From Candidatus Hydrogenedentota bacterium (GTDB lineage: Bacteria; Hydrogenedentota; Hydrogenedentia; Hydrogenedentales; CAITNO01), in contig DAOSFV010000001.1 of assembly GCA_035364055.1 (NCBI GenBank), positions 1-41,786 on the forward strand: DNA of 41,786 bases, written 5' to 3'. Position numbers and translations under genes: made by a program. The notes under the pieces are model-generated. The model was not told the origin of the DNA and did no database searches. It saw nothing but the letters and a program-made list of their open reading frames with translations. Each line of letters starts with the position of its first letter. Positions within the stretch are counted from its first letter, which is position 1. Shown here piece after piece: positions 7,911 to 16,172 of this stretch.

Positions 7911-7939
7911 TTGACGGGTTTCCGCGTTTGGGATACAAT
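7911..7939 (+). promoter_or_regulatory. Near-consensus sigma70 promoter for fdxA (TTGACG-N17-TACAAT)
   Basis: TTGACG lies at 7911-7916, followed by a 17-nt spacer and TACAAT at 7934-7939. It is ~60 nt upstream of ATG 8001, and AGGGAG lies at 7984-7989. Confidence 0.55.
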
Positions 7940-8000
7940 CCGTAACGCCGCGCCGGGGCGGATCATGTCCGGCGCGGAAACCCAGGGAGTACCCCCGGCC

Positions 8001-8342
8001 ATGGCCTTTGTCGTCTGCGAGCCCTGCATCAAGTGCAAATACACGGAGTGCGTGGTGGTCTGCCCCGTGGCCTGCTTCCACGAGGGGGCCAACATGCTGG
8101 CCATCAATCCGGCGGAGTGCATTGACTGCGGCGTCTGCGTGGACGCGTGCCCGGTCCACGCCATCTTCTCGGAGGACGAGGTGCCGGAGAAGTGGCGGGA
8201 GTACATTGACCTGAACCGCGAGCTGTGCGCGGGGTGGCCGGTGATCGAGGAGCAGAAGGAGCCCCTGGAGACGGCGGAGGCGTTCAAGGACGTGGACGAC
8301 AAGCGCGGCCTCCTCTCGCCCGACCCGGCGCCGCGCGACTAG
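8001..8342 (+). CDS. fdxA: 7Fe ferredoxin ([3Fe-4S][4Fe-4S], Azotobacter FdI type)
   Basis: This is the C-terminal part of ORF 7758..8342, starting at ATG 8001. The sequence 'AFVVCEPCIKCKYTECVVVCPVACFHEGANMLAINPAECIDCGVCVDACPVHAIFSEDEVPE' follows the canonical 7Fe ferredoxin Cys pattern and wording almost residue for residue. Confidence 0.9.
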   Translation: MAFVVCEPCIKCKYTECVVVCPVACFHEGANMLAINPAECIDCGVCVDACPVHAIFSEDEVPEKWREYIDLNRELCAGWPVIEEQKEPLETAEAFKDVDDKRGLLSPDPAPRD

Positions 8343-8352
8343 GCGGCCCGCC

Positions 8353-9093
8353 ATGCGGTTCAAGCTGCTGGCCTGCGACGTGCTCACCCGCGAGGTGGGC
8401 TACTGCCTTTTCCGGACGCCGCACACGGTGGACCCCGTCTTCACGGAGAAGGGCGAGCACAATGTGCCGGGACGGCTCCGGGAACTGCTCCAGGGACAGA
8501 TTGACGCCGTCGCCGCCGGGGAAATCCCCTATGACGCCGTGCTCCTGGGCTACGGCCTCTGCGGCAATGCCACCCTGGGCCTGCGCGCGCGCCGGTTCCC
8601 GCTGGTGATTCCCCGGGCCCACGACTGCACGACGCTCTTCCTCGGGTCGAAGGAGGCGTTCAAGGAGCATTTCGCCGACAACCCGAGCCAGACCTGGGCG
8701 AGCACGGGCTATTCCGAGCGGGGCGCGTCGGTGTTCTCCGACGCCTCGACGCGCGAGTGGACCGGGTCCACGCCGGACCTGGCCAAGCTGGTCGAGATCT
8801 ACGGCGAGGAGAACGCGAAGTACATCTACGAGACCATGAACGTCACCCATGACAGCGGCTCGGTGTGGTTCATTGACGTGCCCGAGACGCGCTGCGCGGG
8901 GGTGTTCGAGCGGGTGGAGGCCCTGGCGGCGGGCGAGGGCAAGGAGCTGCGCCGCATCGCGGGGAGCCTCCGCCTGCTGGAGGGGCTGCTCTCGGGCGAC
9001 TGGCCGGAGGCCGACTATCTGGTCGTGCCGCCGGGGCACGAGGTGGAGGGGGTGTACGACCTGGACGAGGTCATCCGGGCGCGCCTGGTGTGA
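8353..9093 (+). CDS. DUF1638 domain protein
   Basis: The protein is 246 aa. 'FKLLACDVLTREV...LLGYGLCGNATLGLRARRFPLVIPRAHDCTTLFLGSKEAF' matches my memory of the DUF1638 signature (LGYGLCgN ... viPRaHDCit). It starts 10 nt after the fdxA stop. Confidence 0.6.
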   Translation: MRFKLLACDVLTREVGYCLFRTPHTVDPVFTEKGEHNVPGRLRELLQGQIDAVAAGEIPYDAVLLGYGLCGNATLGLRARRFPLVIPRAHDCTTLFLGSKEAFKEHFADNPSQTWASTGYSERGASVFSDASTREWTGSTPDLAKLVEIYGEENAKYIYETMNVTHDSGSVWFIDVPETRCAGVFERVEALAAGEGKELRRIAGSLRLLEGLLSGDWPEADYLVVPPGHEVEGVYDLDEVIRARLV

Positions 9094-9100
9094 CCGCGGC

Positions 9101-9433
9101 CTAGCCCTCGCCCATCTCGCCGAGCAGGCAGTCCGCGCCGCCCTTGACCACGAGCCGGATCTGCTGCCCCTCGATGGCGACCTGGATGGCGTTGAGGTCG
9201 AAGGTGTCGGGGAGCACGGCGATGCTCTCGATGTTGTCCCGGGGCACGAGGACGGGGGCGGCCTGGGCGTCCACCTGAGCGCCCCCGGGGAGGTTGCGCC
9301 CGACCATCACGCCCTTCGCCTCCAGGACGATCCACCCCTCGCTCTGGGTCTTGACCCTGCCGACATAGGACAGGGCCCGCTGCTCGCGGTAGTGTTTCAG
9401 CAGCTTCACGCGCACCATGCGGTCCTTCAGCAT
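9101..9433 (-). CDS. Hypothetical small protein (110 aa)
   Basis: ORF 9101..9487. ATG 9433 is preceded by GAGGAGGA about 8 nt upstream. GC3-rich codon usage supports coding. I recognise no family. Confidence 0.6.
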   Translation of the reverse strand: MLKDRMVRVKLLKHYREQRALSYVGRVKTQSEGWIVLEAKGVMVGRNLPGGAQVDAQAAPVLVPRDNIESIAVLPDTFDLNAIQVAIEGQQIRLVVKGGADCLLGEMGEG

Positions 9434-9477
9434 GTCTTGTGTCCTCCTCGCGTTGTGGGGGCGCCGCGCCCTTTTTG

Positions 9478-9486
9478 AGTATAGCA
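9478..9486 (-). promoter_or_regulatory. Candidate extended -10 element (TGC-TATACT, minus strand)
   Basis: The minus strand reads TGCTATACT at 9486..9478, 44 nt upstream of ATG 9433. It lies in the 85-nt gap after the preceding gene. No good -35 is present. Confidence 0.3.
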
Positions 9487-9518
9487 CGGCCGGGCCGGGC
9501 GCGGCCGGTTCCCCCCCG

Positions 9519-10139
9519 CTATTCCGCCTCCTCCTCCGCGTCGGCGGCGGAGGGGCGGACGGGCCATTCGTTCTGCGGGGCCATGGGGAAAAGGAACTCC
9601 ATCTGCTGCCGGCGGATGAAGTGGTAGCGCTTGAGCAGGCGCATGGTCTGGAGGGTCTGCGAGGGGGCGTAGTTCCCCTGCACGCTGAGGCGGTTGAGGA
9701 TCTCGCCGAGGATCATGGGGAACTCGGCGACGTGGTCCATGCCGTAGCCCTGGAGCAGCTCGACGGCGCGCTGGCGGGGCTTGGGCGAGGCGGACAGCTC
9801 GGAGATGACCAGCACGGTCTGGAAGTCGGGGGCGCCGAAGACGTTCTCGGCCAGCGCGCGCACCTCGGGCGACGCCACGCGTCCCAGGATGGGGTTCGAC
9901 TCGACGACGGACGCGTAGAAGCGGTCGCCGTGCCACGCGCGCACCTCGACCACGGCGCGGCGGAACGCGGCCACCTGCCCCGGCTGGAGCACGAAGTCCG
10001 GCGTGACCGCCGCCTCGGGGTGCGACTGCTCCACGAAGAGGAGGGAGGTGTTCTCGGGGGATTCGGACAGCTCCTCGTGGCGCCAGTGGGGCAGCACGTA
10101 GAAGCGGTTCAGTTCGAAGAACTCGCGGACGAGCTGCAT
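9519..10139 (-). CDS. Hypothetical protein (~206 aa), acidic C-terminal tail
   Basis: ORF 9519..10286. The N-terminal ~45 codons overlap the TPR gene in another frame. The likely start is ATG 10139 ('MQLVREFFELNRFYV...'), or GTG 10154 overlapping the TPR stop (GTGA). I recognise no family. Confidence 0.6.
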   Translation of the reverse strand: MQLVREFFELNRFYVLPHWRHEELSESPENTSLLFVEQSHPEAAVTPDFVLQPGQVAAFRRAVVEVRAWHGDRFYASVVESNPILGRVASPEVRALAENVFGAPDFQTVLVISELSASPKPRQRAVELLQGYGMDHVAEFPMILGEILNRLSVQGNYAPSQTLQTMRLLKRYHFIRRQQMEFLFPMAPQNEWPVRPSAADAEEEAE

Positions 10140-10150
10140 GTTGAGGTCGC

Positions 10151-11002
10151 TCACGGCCGGTCCCTTTCCGCGTCGCCGCCCGCCTCGCCGAGGAGCCATT
10201 TGGCGCGCTGGCTGCCGGGTTTCAGCTCCAGGATGCGCTCCGCGGCGGCGCGGGCGCCGTCGGGGCTGCCCATTTTCCGGTGGCACCAGCCCTGTCCGGC
10301 GAGGATGTCGACGAGGTCAAACTCCTCGTTGTAGACCCGGCACCGGCGGCCGGGCTCCATGCAGCGCTCGGCCTCGGCGTAGTTCTCGAGGGCGCGGGCG
10401 AGGTCGCCCGTGAGGGTGTAGATCTGGCCGCGCAGGAAGTAGCCCTCCGGCGCGTCGGGGTTCGTCTCGATCAGCTTGTCGAGCTGCGCGTCCGCCGTGT
10501 ACAGATGGTTCGACGCCGCCTGGTCCAGCTTCATGGCGTGGGCGGCGCGCCCGGCGAGGTAATGGGCCTCGAAGGGCTCGGCGCCCGCCGCGGCCACCCG
10601 CTCGGCGAGGCCGAAGGCGGTGTCCCAGTGCCGCTGCTGGAAGGCGATGTAGCCGAGGCCGAGGGCGGCGCGGGGCGTGTCGGGCCTCTCGTCGAGGACG
10701 GCGGCGAAGGCGGCGGAGGCGCGCTCGTGGAGCCCGGACTTGAGGAAGGCGTAGCCCAGCTCCACGCGGGCGAGGGCCATTTTGGGGGTGATGGTGAGGG
10801 CGCGCTCCAGGGCGGAGACGGCCTCGGGCACGCGGCCCAGCCGGAGCCAGCAGCGCCCGAGCTGGTACCACGCCGCCGCGAGGGCGCCGTCCAGGGTGGT
10901 GGCCTTCTGGAAATGGGCGACGGCCTTCTCGAAGTCGCCCTTCATGGCCGCCGTGAGGCCCTCGTCGTAGTAGCTTTCCGCGTTTTCTCCGCCAAACAGC
11001 AT
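10151..11002 (-). CDS. Tetratricopeptide (TPR) repeat protein
   Basis: The protein is 283 aa. It has repeated 34-aa TPR-like units: 'AAWYQLGRCWLRLGRVPEAVSALERALTITP', 'ARVELGYAFLKSGLHERASAAFAAVLDERP' and 'GYFLRGQIYTLTGDLARALENYAEA'. GGAGA lies 6 nt before the ATG. Confidence 0.85.
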   Translation of the reverse strand: MLFGGENAESYYDEGLTAAMKGDFEKAVAHFQKATTLDGALAAAWYQLGRCWLRLGRVPEAVSALERALTITPKMALARVELGYAFLKSGLHERASAAFAAVLDERPDTPRAALGLGYIAFQQRHWDTAFGLAERVAAAGAEPFEAHYLAGRAAHAMKLDQAASNHLYTADAQLDKLIETNPDAPEGYFLRGQIYTLTGDLARALENYAEAERCMEPGRRCRVYNEEFDLVDILAGQGWCHRKMGSPDGARAAAERILELKPGSQRAKWLLGEAGGDAERDRP

Positions 11003-11032
11003 CGGGGGTCTCCGTGGTTTGCCGTCCCGCGC

Positions 11033-12148
11033 CTACAACAGCGTCTCCAGGGCCGCGCGCGCCAGCTCCGGGGGGATGTCCGTCCGGTGGACGACCATGC
11101 CCATGCCCGCCGGCACGATGAACTTCAGCGTGCCCGCGCGGGCCTTCTTGTCGTGCTTCATGGCCGCCAGCGTCTCCTCCAGCGGCATCTCGGGCCAGCG
11201 CACCGGCAGGCCGAAGGCCGCGCAGCAGGCGCGCTGCCGCTCGGCGAAGGCCGCGTCCACCAGCCCCAGCAGGCGGCCCAGCTCCCCGGCGGCGCACATG
11301 CCCAGGGCCACGGCCTCGCCGTGGAGGAAGCGGGCGTAGCCGCTGGCGGTCTCGATGGCGTGGCCGAAGGTGTGGCCGTAGTTCAGGTTGGCGCGCAGGC
11401 CCTGCTCCCGCTCGTCCGCGGCGACCACGGCGGCCTTGATCTCGCACGACCGGACCACGGGCACGCGCAGGGCGTCCAGGTCCTTCGCGAGGATCCGCGC
11501 GGCGTTCTCCTCCAGGTACGCGAAGAGGTCGGCGTCCGCGATGACGCCGTGCTTGATGACCTCCGCCATGCCCGCCCGCAGTTCGCGGTCCGGCAGGGTG
11601 GACAGCATGGCCAGGTCAATGAACACGCCGTCCGGCTGGTGGAACGCGCCGATGGTGTTCTTGCCCAGCGGGTGGTTCACGCCGGTCTTGCCGCCGACGC
11701 TCGAGTCCACCTGCGCCACGATGGTGGTGGGAATCTGCACGAAGGGGACGCCGCGCATGAAGACCGACGCGGCGAAGCCCGCAATGTCGCCCGTGACCCC
11801 GCCGCCCAGGGCGACGACCAGCCCGGCGCGGTCCATGCCCGCCTCCAGAAAGGCGCCGCAAATCTCCCCCACCCGGTCCAGCCGCTTGCTCTCCTCCCCC
11901 GCCGGGAGCGTGTGGACCACGCAGGCCTTCCCCGCCGCGCGCACGCGGTCCAGCACGGCGTCCGCATACAGCGGCGCCACGTGGGCGTCCGTCACCAGAC
12001 CCACCAGCCCCTTCGGGGCGTGGTCCGACGCGAGGTACGCGCCCAGCCGGTCCAGGGCGTCCGGCCCGATATGGATGTCATACGACCGCGCGCCCAGGGG
12101 CATAAAGGGCACATGCACGGTCGTCGAAACACACTCTGCCATGATCAT
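11033..12148 (-). CDS. aroB: 3-dehydroquinate synthase
   Basis: ORF 11033..12337. AroB blocks present are 'LPAGEESK', 'VVALGGGVTGDIAGFAAS', 'FVQIPTTIVAQVDSSVGGKTGVN', 'KNTIGAFHQP', 'AEVIKHG', 'LNYGHTFGHAIE' and 'HGEAVALGM'. The start is ATG 12148 or ATG 12142; the latter lies 6 nt after GGAG. The ORF region further upstream is not AroB-like. Confidence 0.92.
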   Translation of the reverse strand: MIMAECVSTTVHVPFMPLGARSYDIHIGPDALDRLGAYLASDHAPKGLVGLVTDAHVAPLYADAVLDRVRAAGKACVVHTLPAGEESKRLDRVGEICGAFLEAGMDRAGLVVALGGGVTGDIAGFAASVFMRGVPFVQIPTTIVAQVDSSVGGKTGVNHPLGKNTIGAFHQPDGVFIDLAMLSTLPDRELRAGMAEVIKHGVIADADLFAYLEENAARILAKDLDALRVPVVRSCEIKAAVVAADEREQGLRANLNYGHTFGHAIETASGYARFLHGEAVALGMCAAGELGRLLGLVDAAFAERQRACCAAFGLPVRWPEMPLEETLAAMKHDKKARAGTLKFIVPAGMGMVVHRTDIPPELARAALETLL

Positions 12149-12265
12149 CTCCGGGGCGCCCGCGCGCCCGTGTCCCCGCATTCTATGCACCCGCCCGGCA
12201 TCCGCGCAACACCGGCGCGCCCGGGAGGGGGCTGGCCGGGGGTGCCGGTTTTTCGTCCGGCGCGA

Positions 12266-12295
12266 TTGCGCTTCGAAGCGGGAATGGCATACACT
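12266..12295 (+). promoter_or_regulatory. Possible promoter of the gsp operon (TTGCGC-N18-TACACT)
   Basis: This is the only AT-richer patch in the 337-nt aroB/gspC divergent gap. It would leave a leader of ~190 nt before gspC. The call is weak. Confidence 0.2.
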
Positions 12296-12485
12296 ATATC
12301 TTGTGGTGTCGTGGACATCCGAAGAATTGTCAACCATTTACGTCCCCGGCGGCGTTAAACCCTCCGGACCCGGGGGGTGGTGTGCGCCGCCCCGGGGTGC
12401 CGCGGGTTCCGCAGTGTGCCGTGTGCGGGGAGTGTGAAGCGTACGAAAGGCGTGCCGCCGAGCGCGGCGTGCCGCCGAGGAATGC

Positions 12486-13424
12486 ATGGTTCGAGGACTG
12501 CGCATCAGGCAGATATTCATCTGCGTGGACCTGCTGCTGACGGCCCTTTTTCTCGGGGTCGCCGCCCTGGTGGCCCGTGAGATGAGCCGTCCCCAGCCGC
12601 CGGTCGAATCGCTTCTGCCGCCGGCGGAGGCGGGCGCGGCGGCGGTGGCCCCGCTGGCGCTGGTTTCCGACCGGGCGCTGTATGACGGCGTGGTGACAGG
12701 GGGGCTTTTCGGGGAGGCGGGCCGGTGGGATCCGGGGGCGGTTCCCGAGGAGGCGCCGGTGGTGGAGGAGGTGGCGCCGGCGGACGACATCTCGGAGACG
12801 ACGCTGAGCCTTCGGCTCATCGGCACGGTGGCCCTTTCCCCGAAGAGCCCGTTTGCGGTGGCGTTCATCGGCGAGAAGGAGGGGAACGACCCCGGCAAGA
12901 GCTACTTTGTCGGGGAGGAGGTGGCGGACTCGGTGGCGCTGGACGAGGTGTTTCCGCGGGAGGTGATCCTGCTGAACCGGCGCACGACGCCGCCGCAGCG
13001 GGAGCGGCTGCGGATGGACGAGGAGGAGGAGGGGTCCGGGACGGGCGCGCCGGCGCCCCGCGCGGCGGCGGCCCCCGCGCCGGAGGCGGTGGCGGAGCCG
13101 TCGGAGCGGATCACGCTGAAGCGGGACGAGATGATCGCGGAGGTGGCGGAGAACTACGCGTCCCTGGTGAACATCCGCCCGGAGCTGGCGACGGACGAGA
13201 ACGGGAACGTGCTGGGCATCACGGCGGCGGGGATCGGCGAGTTTCCCCTCGCGCAGCGGCTCGGGGTGCAGGAGAATGACATCCTGCAGACGGTGAACAA
13301 CGAGAAGCTGGACAGCGAGGACAAGATCATGGAGATGGTGCAGAAGTACCAGACGGCCACCTCCCTGCGGATCGGCATTCTGCGCGACGGCAAACCGAAG
13401 GTGATCACCTACCGGCTCGAATAG
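12486..13424 (+). CDS. gspC: Type II secretion system protein C (TM + HR domain + PDZ)
   Basis: The N-terminal TM helix is 'IFICVDLLLTALFLGVAALVA'. An HR-like segment reads 'LRLIGTVALS..AVAFIGEK....YFVGEEV..SVALDEVFPREVIL'. The C-terminal PDZ-like domain reads 'GITAAGIGEFPLAQRLGVQENDILQTVNNEKL...LRIGILRDGK'. GAGGA lies 4 nt before the ATG. It is the first gene of the gsp cluster. Confidence 0.8.
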   Translation: MVRGLRIRQIFICVDLLLTALFLGVAALVAREMSRPQPPVESLLPPAEAGAAAVAPLALVSDRALYDGVVTGGLFGEAGRWDPGAVPEEAPVVEEVAPADDISETTLSLRLIGTVALSPKSPFAVAFIGEKEGNDPGKSYFVGEEVADSVALDEVFPREVILLNRRTTPPQRERLRMDEEEEGSGTGAPAPRAAAAPAPEAVAEPSERITLKRDEMIAEVAENYASLVNIRPELATDENGNVLGITAAGIGEFPLAQRLGVQENDILQTVNNEKLDSEDKIMEMVQKYQTATSLRIGILRDGKPKVITYRLE

Positions 13425-13466
13425 GCAACCCGCCCGGCGGGGCGCCGTTCCGGGCGACAGCGAGGC

Positions 13467-16169
13467 ATGATGAGAAAAGCACATTTCGGCGGAATCGGAG
13501 GGTGGCTGGCCGCGGGGGTGCTGGCGGCGGCGCTGGCGCTGTCGGCGGCGCCCTTTGCCGCGGCCCAGGACGAGGAAGTCCCCGAGGTGGTCGAAGCCCT
13601 GCCCGCCGGGGAGGAGATGCCCCCCCCGCCTGGGCAGGAGATGCCCGTCGCCCCCGTGGAGGAGGCGCCCCCGGCGGTCGAGGAGATGCCCGCGCCCCCG
13701 CCGCCGGCGGTGGCCGACGAGCTGCCCCCCGCGGCGCCCGCCGACCCGGCGTCGCGCCTGCGCCCCATGCCCGAGATGCCGCAGCCGCGCGTGGGCGCGC
13801 CCGCGCCGCGGTCCATGTCGCGCCCCGGCGCGATGCCGCCGTCGCGGGCGTCCTCGCGGTTCTCCAACCTGCGCCCGCCGGCGGCCGTGGCGCCGGGCGA
13901 GGCCCCCACTACGGGGCCCGCGGCCGAGCGCGCCTCCACGCCCAACGAGGAAAAGACGGGGGAGGCGGTGGCGGAGCCGGTGAACTTCGACTTCCGGGAC
14001 GCGGCGCTGGCCGAGGTGATCGAGACGATCGCCAAGCTGACGGGCCGGAACTTCGACGTGGACCCCAACATCGGGGCGACCACGGTGACGCTGATCACCC
14101 ATGACAAGATCCCGCCGGAGATGGCCTACGACGTGCTGGAGTCCATCCTGAACTCGCGGGGCTTCTCGCTGGTGGAGAGCCTCGACGGCCACCTGGTCAA
14201 GATCGTGCCCACGCAGGACGCGCCGACGTCGGGGAAGACGCCGCTCTTCCTGGAGGAGGGCGAGAAGCTTCCGGAGGGGTTTGACGCCTTCTCGACGCAC
14301 GTGGTCACGCTGAAGTACTCGGACGGCGCGGAGATCCAGCAGGTGCTGAAGATTCTCGGCACGCGCAACGCGGCCGTGGACACCTACGCCCCGACGAACA
14401 CGCTGATCATCACCGACACGGCGGAGGGCATCCGCCGGATGATGGCCTTCCTCAAGGAGGTGGACGTGCCGGGGCTCGAGACCAAGATGGAGCTCTTCAC
14501 CCTGGAGTACACCCGGGCCGAGGTGCTGATGAACCAGCTGAACCAGGTGCTCCTCGACGAGGGCGGCACCTCCTCCGCGCGACCCGGCGTGCCCCAGCCG
14601 ATGGCGCCGACGCCGGTGCGGCCGGTGCGCGTGGCGCGCCCGGGGACGGCCCCCGGCTCCACGTCGCAGGTCATCGGCTCCAACGCGGAAACGCTGCGCA
14701 TGGTGCCCGACGAGCGGCTGAACACGCTGATCGTGGTGGCCTCCGACGGGATGATGGCCAAGGTGCGCGACCTGGTGAAGCGCCTCGACACGCCGACGCC
14801 CTACGAGGCGAACAACCTGCACATCTACCAGCTGCTGAACGCGGACGCCGAGGCGGTGGAGCAGGCGCTGCAGCCGCTGGTCGGCTCGTCGCCGCGCAAG
14901 ACCTCCACCTCGCGCACGTCGGGGAGCGGCGCGGCGGGCGGGGCGCCCGCGCCCGCGGCCCCGGCCATGTCCTCGGGCGGCGGCGGGGGCGCGGCGGGCG
15001 ACGTGCAGCCCTTCGAGCAGAAGGTGCAGATCACGCGGTACGACCAGACGAACTCGCTGCTGATCGTGGCGGCGCCGCAGGACTACAAGATCCTGGAGGC
15101 GTTCATCGCGCGGCTCGACGTGCCCCAGCGCCAGGTCTGCGTGGACGCGGTGGTGATGGACGTGACCATCAGCAACGACTTCGGCGTGACGGTGGACGCG
15201 GCGTCGGTGACGGGGAACGACGGCTTCGGCCTGACGAACACGGCGCAGCTGGACGAGCTGAACAAGGCGGCGGCGACGGCGACGGAGATCGTGGGCGGGC
15301 GGAAGATGGCGCTGGCGAGCGCGCTGTACGGCCTGGGCACCGAGGGCGGGCTGACCACGGGCATCTACGACGACGTGATCGTCAACTACAACGGGCAGCG
15401 GGTGCGGATCCCCTTCGTGCCCCTGCTGCTCCAGGCCATCGAGAAGATCTCCGACGTGGAGGTGCTCTCGCAGCCGAGCCTGGTGACGCTGGACAACGAG
15501 GAGGCGGCGATCACGGTCGGCCAGGAGGTGCCCTTCATCACCAGCACCAGCAGCTCGCGGCGCACGGACGGGTCGGCCGACGTCGGCATGTACGGCGGGT
15601 ACACCCGCGTGGAGCGCCAGGAGGTCGGCATCAAGCTCAAGGTCACCCCGCAGATCTCCGAGGGCGACAACGTGCTCGTGCAGACGGAGATCGAGATCTC
15701 GGACACGGACGCGAAGCAGATCGGCACGGTGGACATCGTGGGCCCGACGACAAACAAGTCGGTGGTGACCAACAAGTCGCTGGTGAAGGACGGGTCCACG
15801 GCGGTGATCGCGGGGCTCATCCGGGACAACTCGAAGCGCGACCGGACCCAGCCGCCGATCCTGGGCGACATCCCCGTGGTGGGGTGGCTGTTCTCCTCCA
15901 AGGCGGACCGCCGGGAAAAGCGCAACATGGTCGTCCTTTTGACGCCCCACATCGTTAAGGAGGGCATGGACCTCGACCGGCTGACAGCGCAGAAGGTGAA
16001 AGACTACTACGACGCGAACGTGCAGGAGCTGTTCGAGGGCGGCTTCTTCAAGAAGATCAGCCGGAAGAAGGACCTGCGGGACAACTACCGCCCCACCCTG
16101 AACCGCTCCGAGGAGCTCACCGGCCGGGCGGCCAGCGACCCCTTCAAGCGCGGCGACATCCCGAGGTAA
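13467..16169 (+). CDS. gspD: Type II secretion system secretin
   Basis: The protein is 900 aa with a signal peptide. N0 reads 'NFDFRDAALAEVIETIAKLTGRNF'. N-domains include 'VVTLKYSDGAEIQQVL', 'LFTLEYTRAEVLMNQL' and 'IYQLLNADAEAVEQAL'. The secretin core reads 'VLSQPSLVTLDNEEAAITVGQEVPFITS' and 'STAVIAGLI...PILGDIPVVGWLF'. Confidence 0.92.
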   Translation: MMRKAHFGGIGGWLAAGVLAAALALSAAPFAAAQDEEVPEVVEALPAGEEMPPPPGQEMPVAPVEEAPPAVEEMPAPPPPAVADELPPAAPADPASRLRPMPEMPQPRVGAPAPRSMSRPGAMPPSRASSRFSNLRPPAAVAPGEAPTTGPAAERASTPNEEKTGEAVAEPVNFDFRDAALAEVIETIAKLTGRNFDVDPNIGATTVTLITHDKIPPEMAYDVLESILNSRGFSLVESLDGHLVKIVPTQDAPTSGKTPLFLEEGEKLPEGFDAFSTHVVTLKYSDGAEIQQVLKILGTRNAAVDTYAPTNTLIITDTAEGIRRMMAFLKEVDVPGLETKMELFTLEYTRAEVLMNQLNQVLLDEGGTSSARPGVPQPMAPTPVRPVRVARPGTAPGSTSQVIGSNAETLRMVPDERLNTLIVVASDGMMAKVRDLVKRLDTPTPYEANNLHIYQLLNADAEAVEQALQPLVGSSPRKTSTSRTSGSGAAGGAPAPAAPAMSSGGGGGAAGDVQPFEQKVQITRYDQTNSLLIVAAPQDYKILEAFIARLDVPQRQVCVDAVVMDVTISNDFGVTVDAASVTGNDGFGLTNTAQLDELNKAAATATEIVGGRKMALASALYGLGTEGGLTTGIYDDVIVNYNGQRVRIPFVPLLLQAIEKISDVEVLSQPSLVTLDNEEAAITVGQEVPFITSTSSSRRTDGSADVGMYGGYTRVERQEVGIKLKVTPQISEGDNVLVQTEIEISDTDAKQIGTVDIVGPTTNKSVVTNKSLVKDGSTAVIAGLIRDNSKRDRTQPPILGDIPVVGWLFSSKADRREKRNMVVLLTPHIVKEGMDLDRLTAQKVKDYYDANVQELFEGGFFKKISRKKDLRDNYRPTLNRSEELTGRAASDPFKRGDIPR

Positions 16170-16172
16170 GCG

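Noticed and set aside
12149-12485. Small ORFs (for example 12301..12540 and 12145..12333) or a riboswitch or ncRNA in the 337-nt aroB/gspC divergent region.
   Set aside because: The ORFs have no RBS and no motifs, and their composition looks like non-coding GC-rich sequence. I see no recognisable riboswitch core (c-di-GMP or others) by eye. Only the 14-bp direct repeat is reported.
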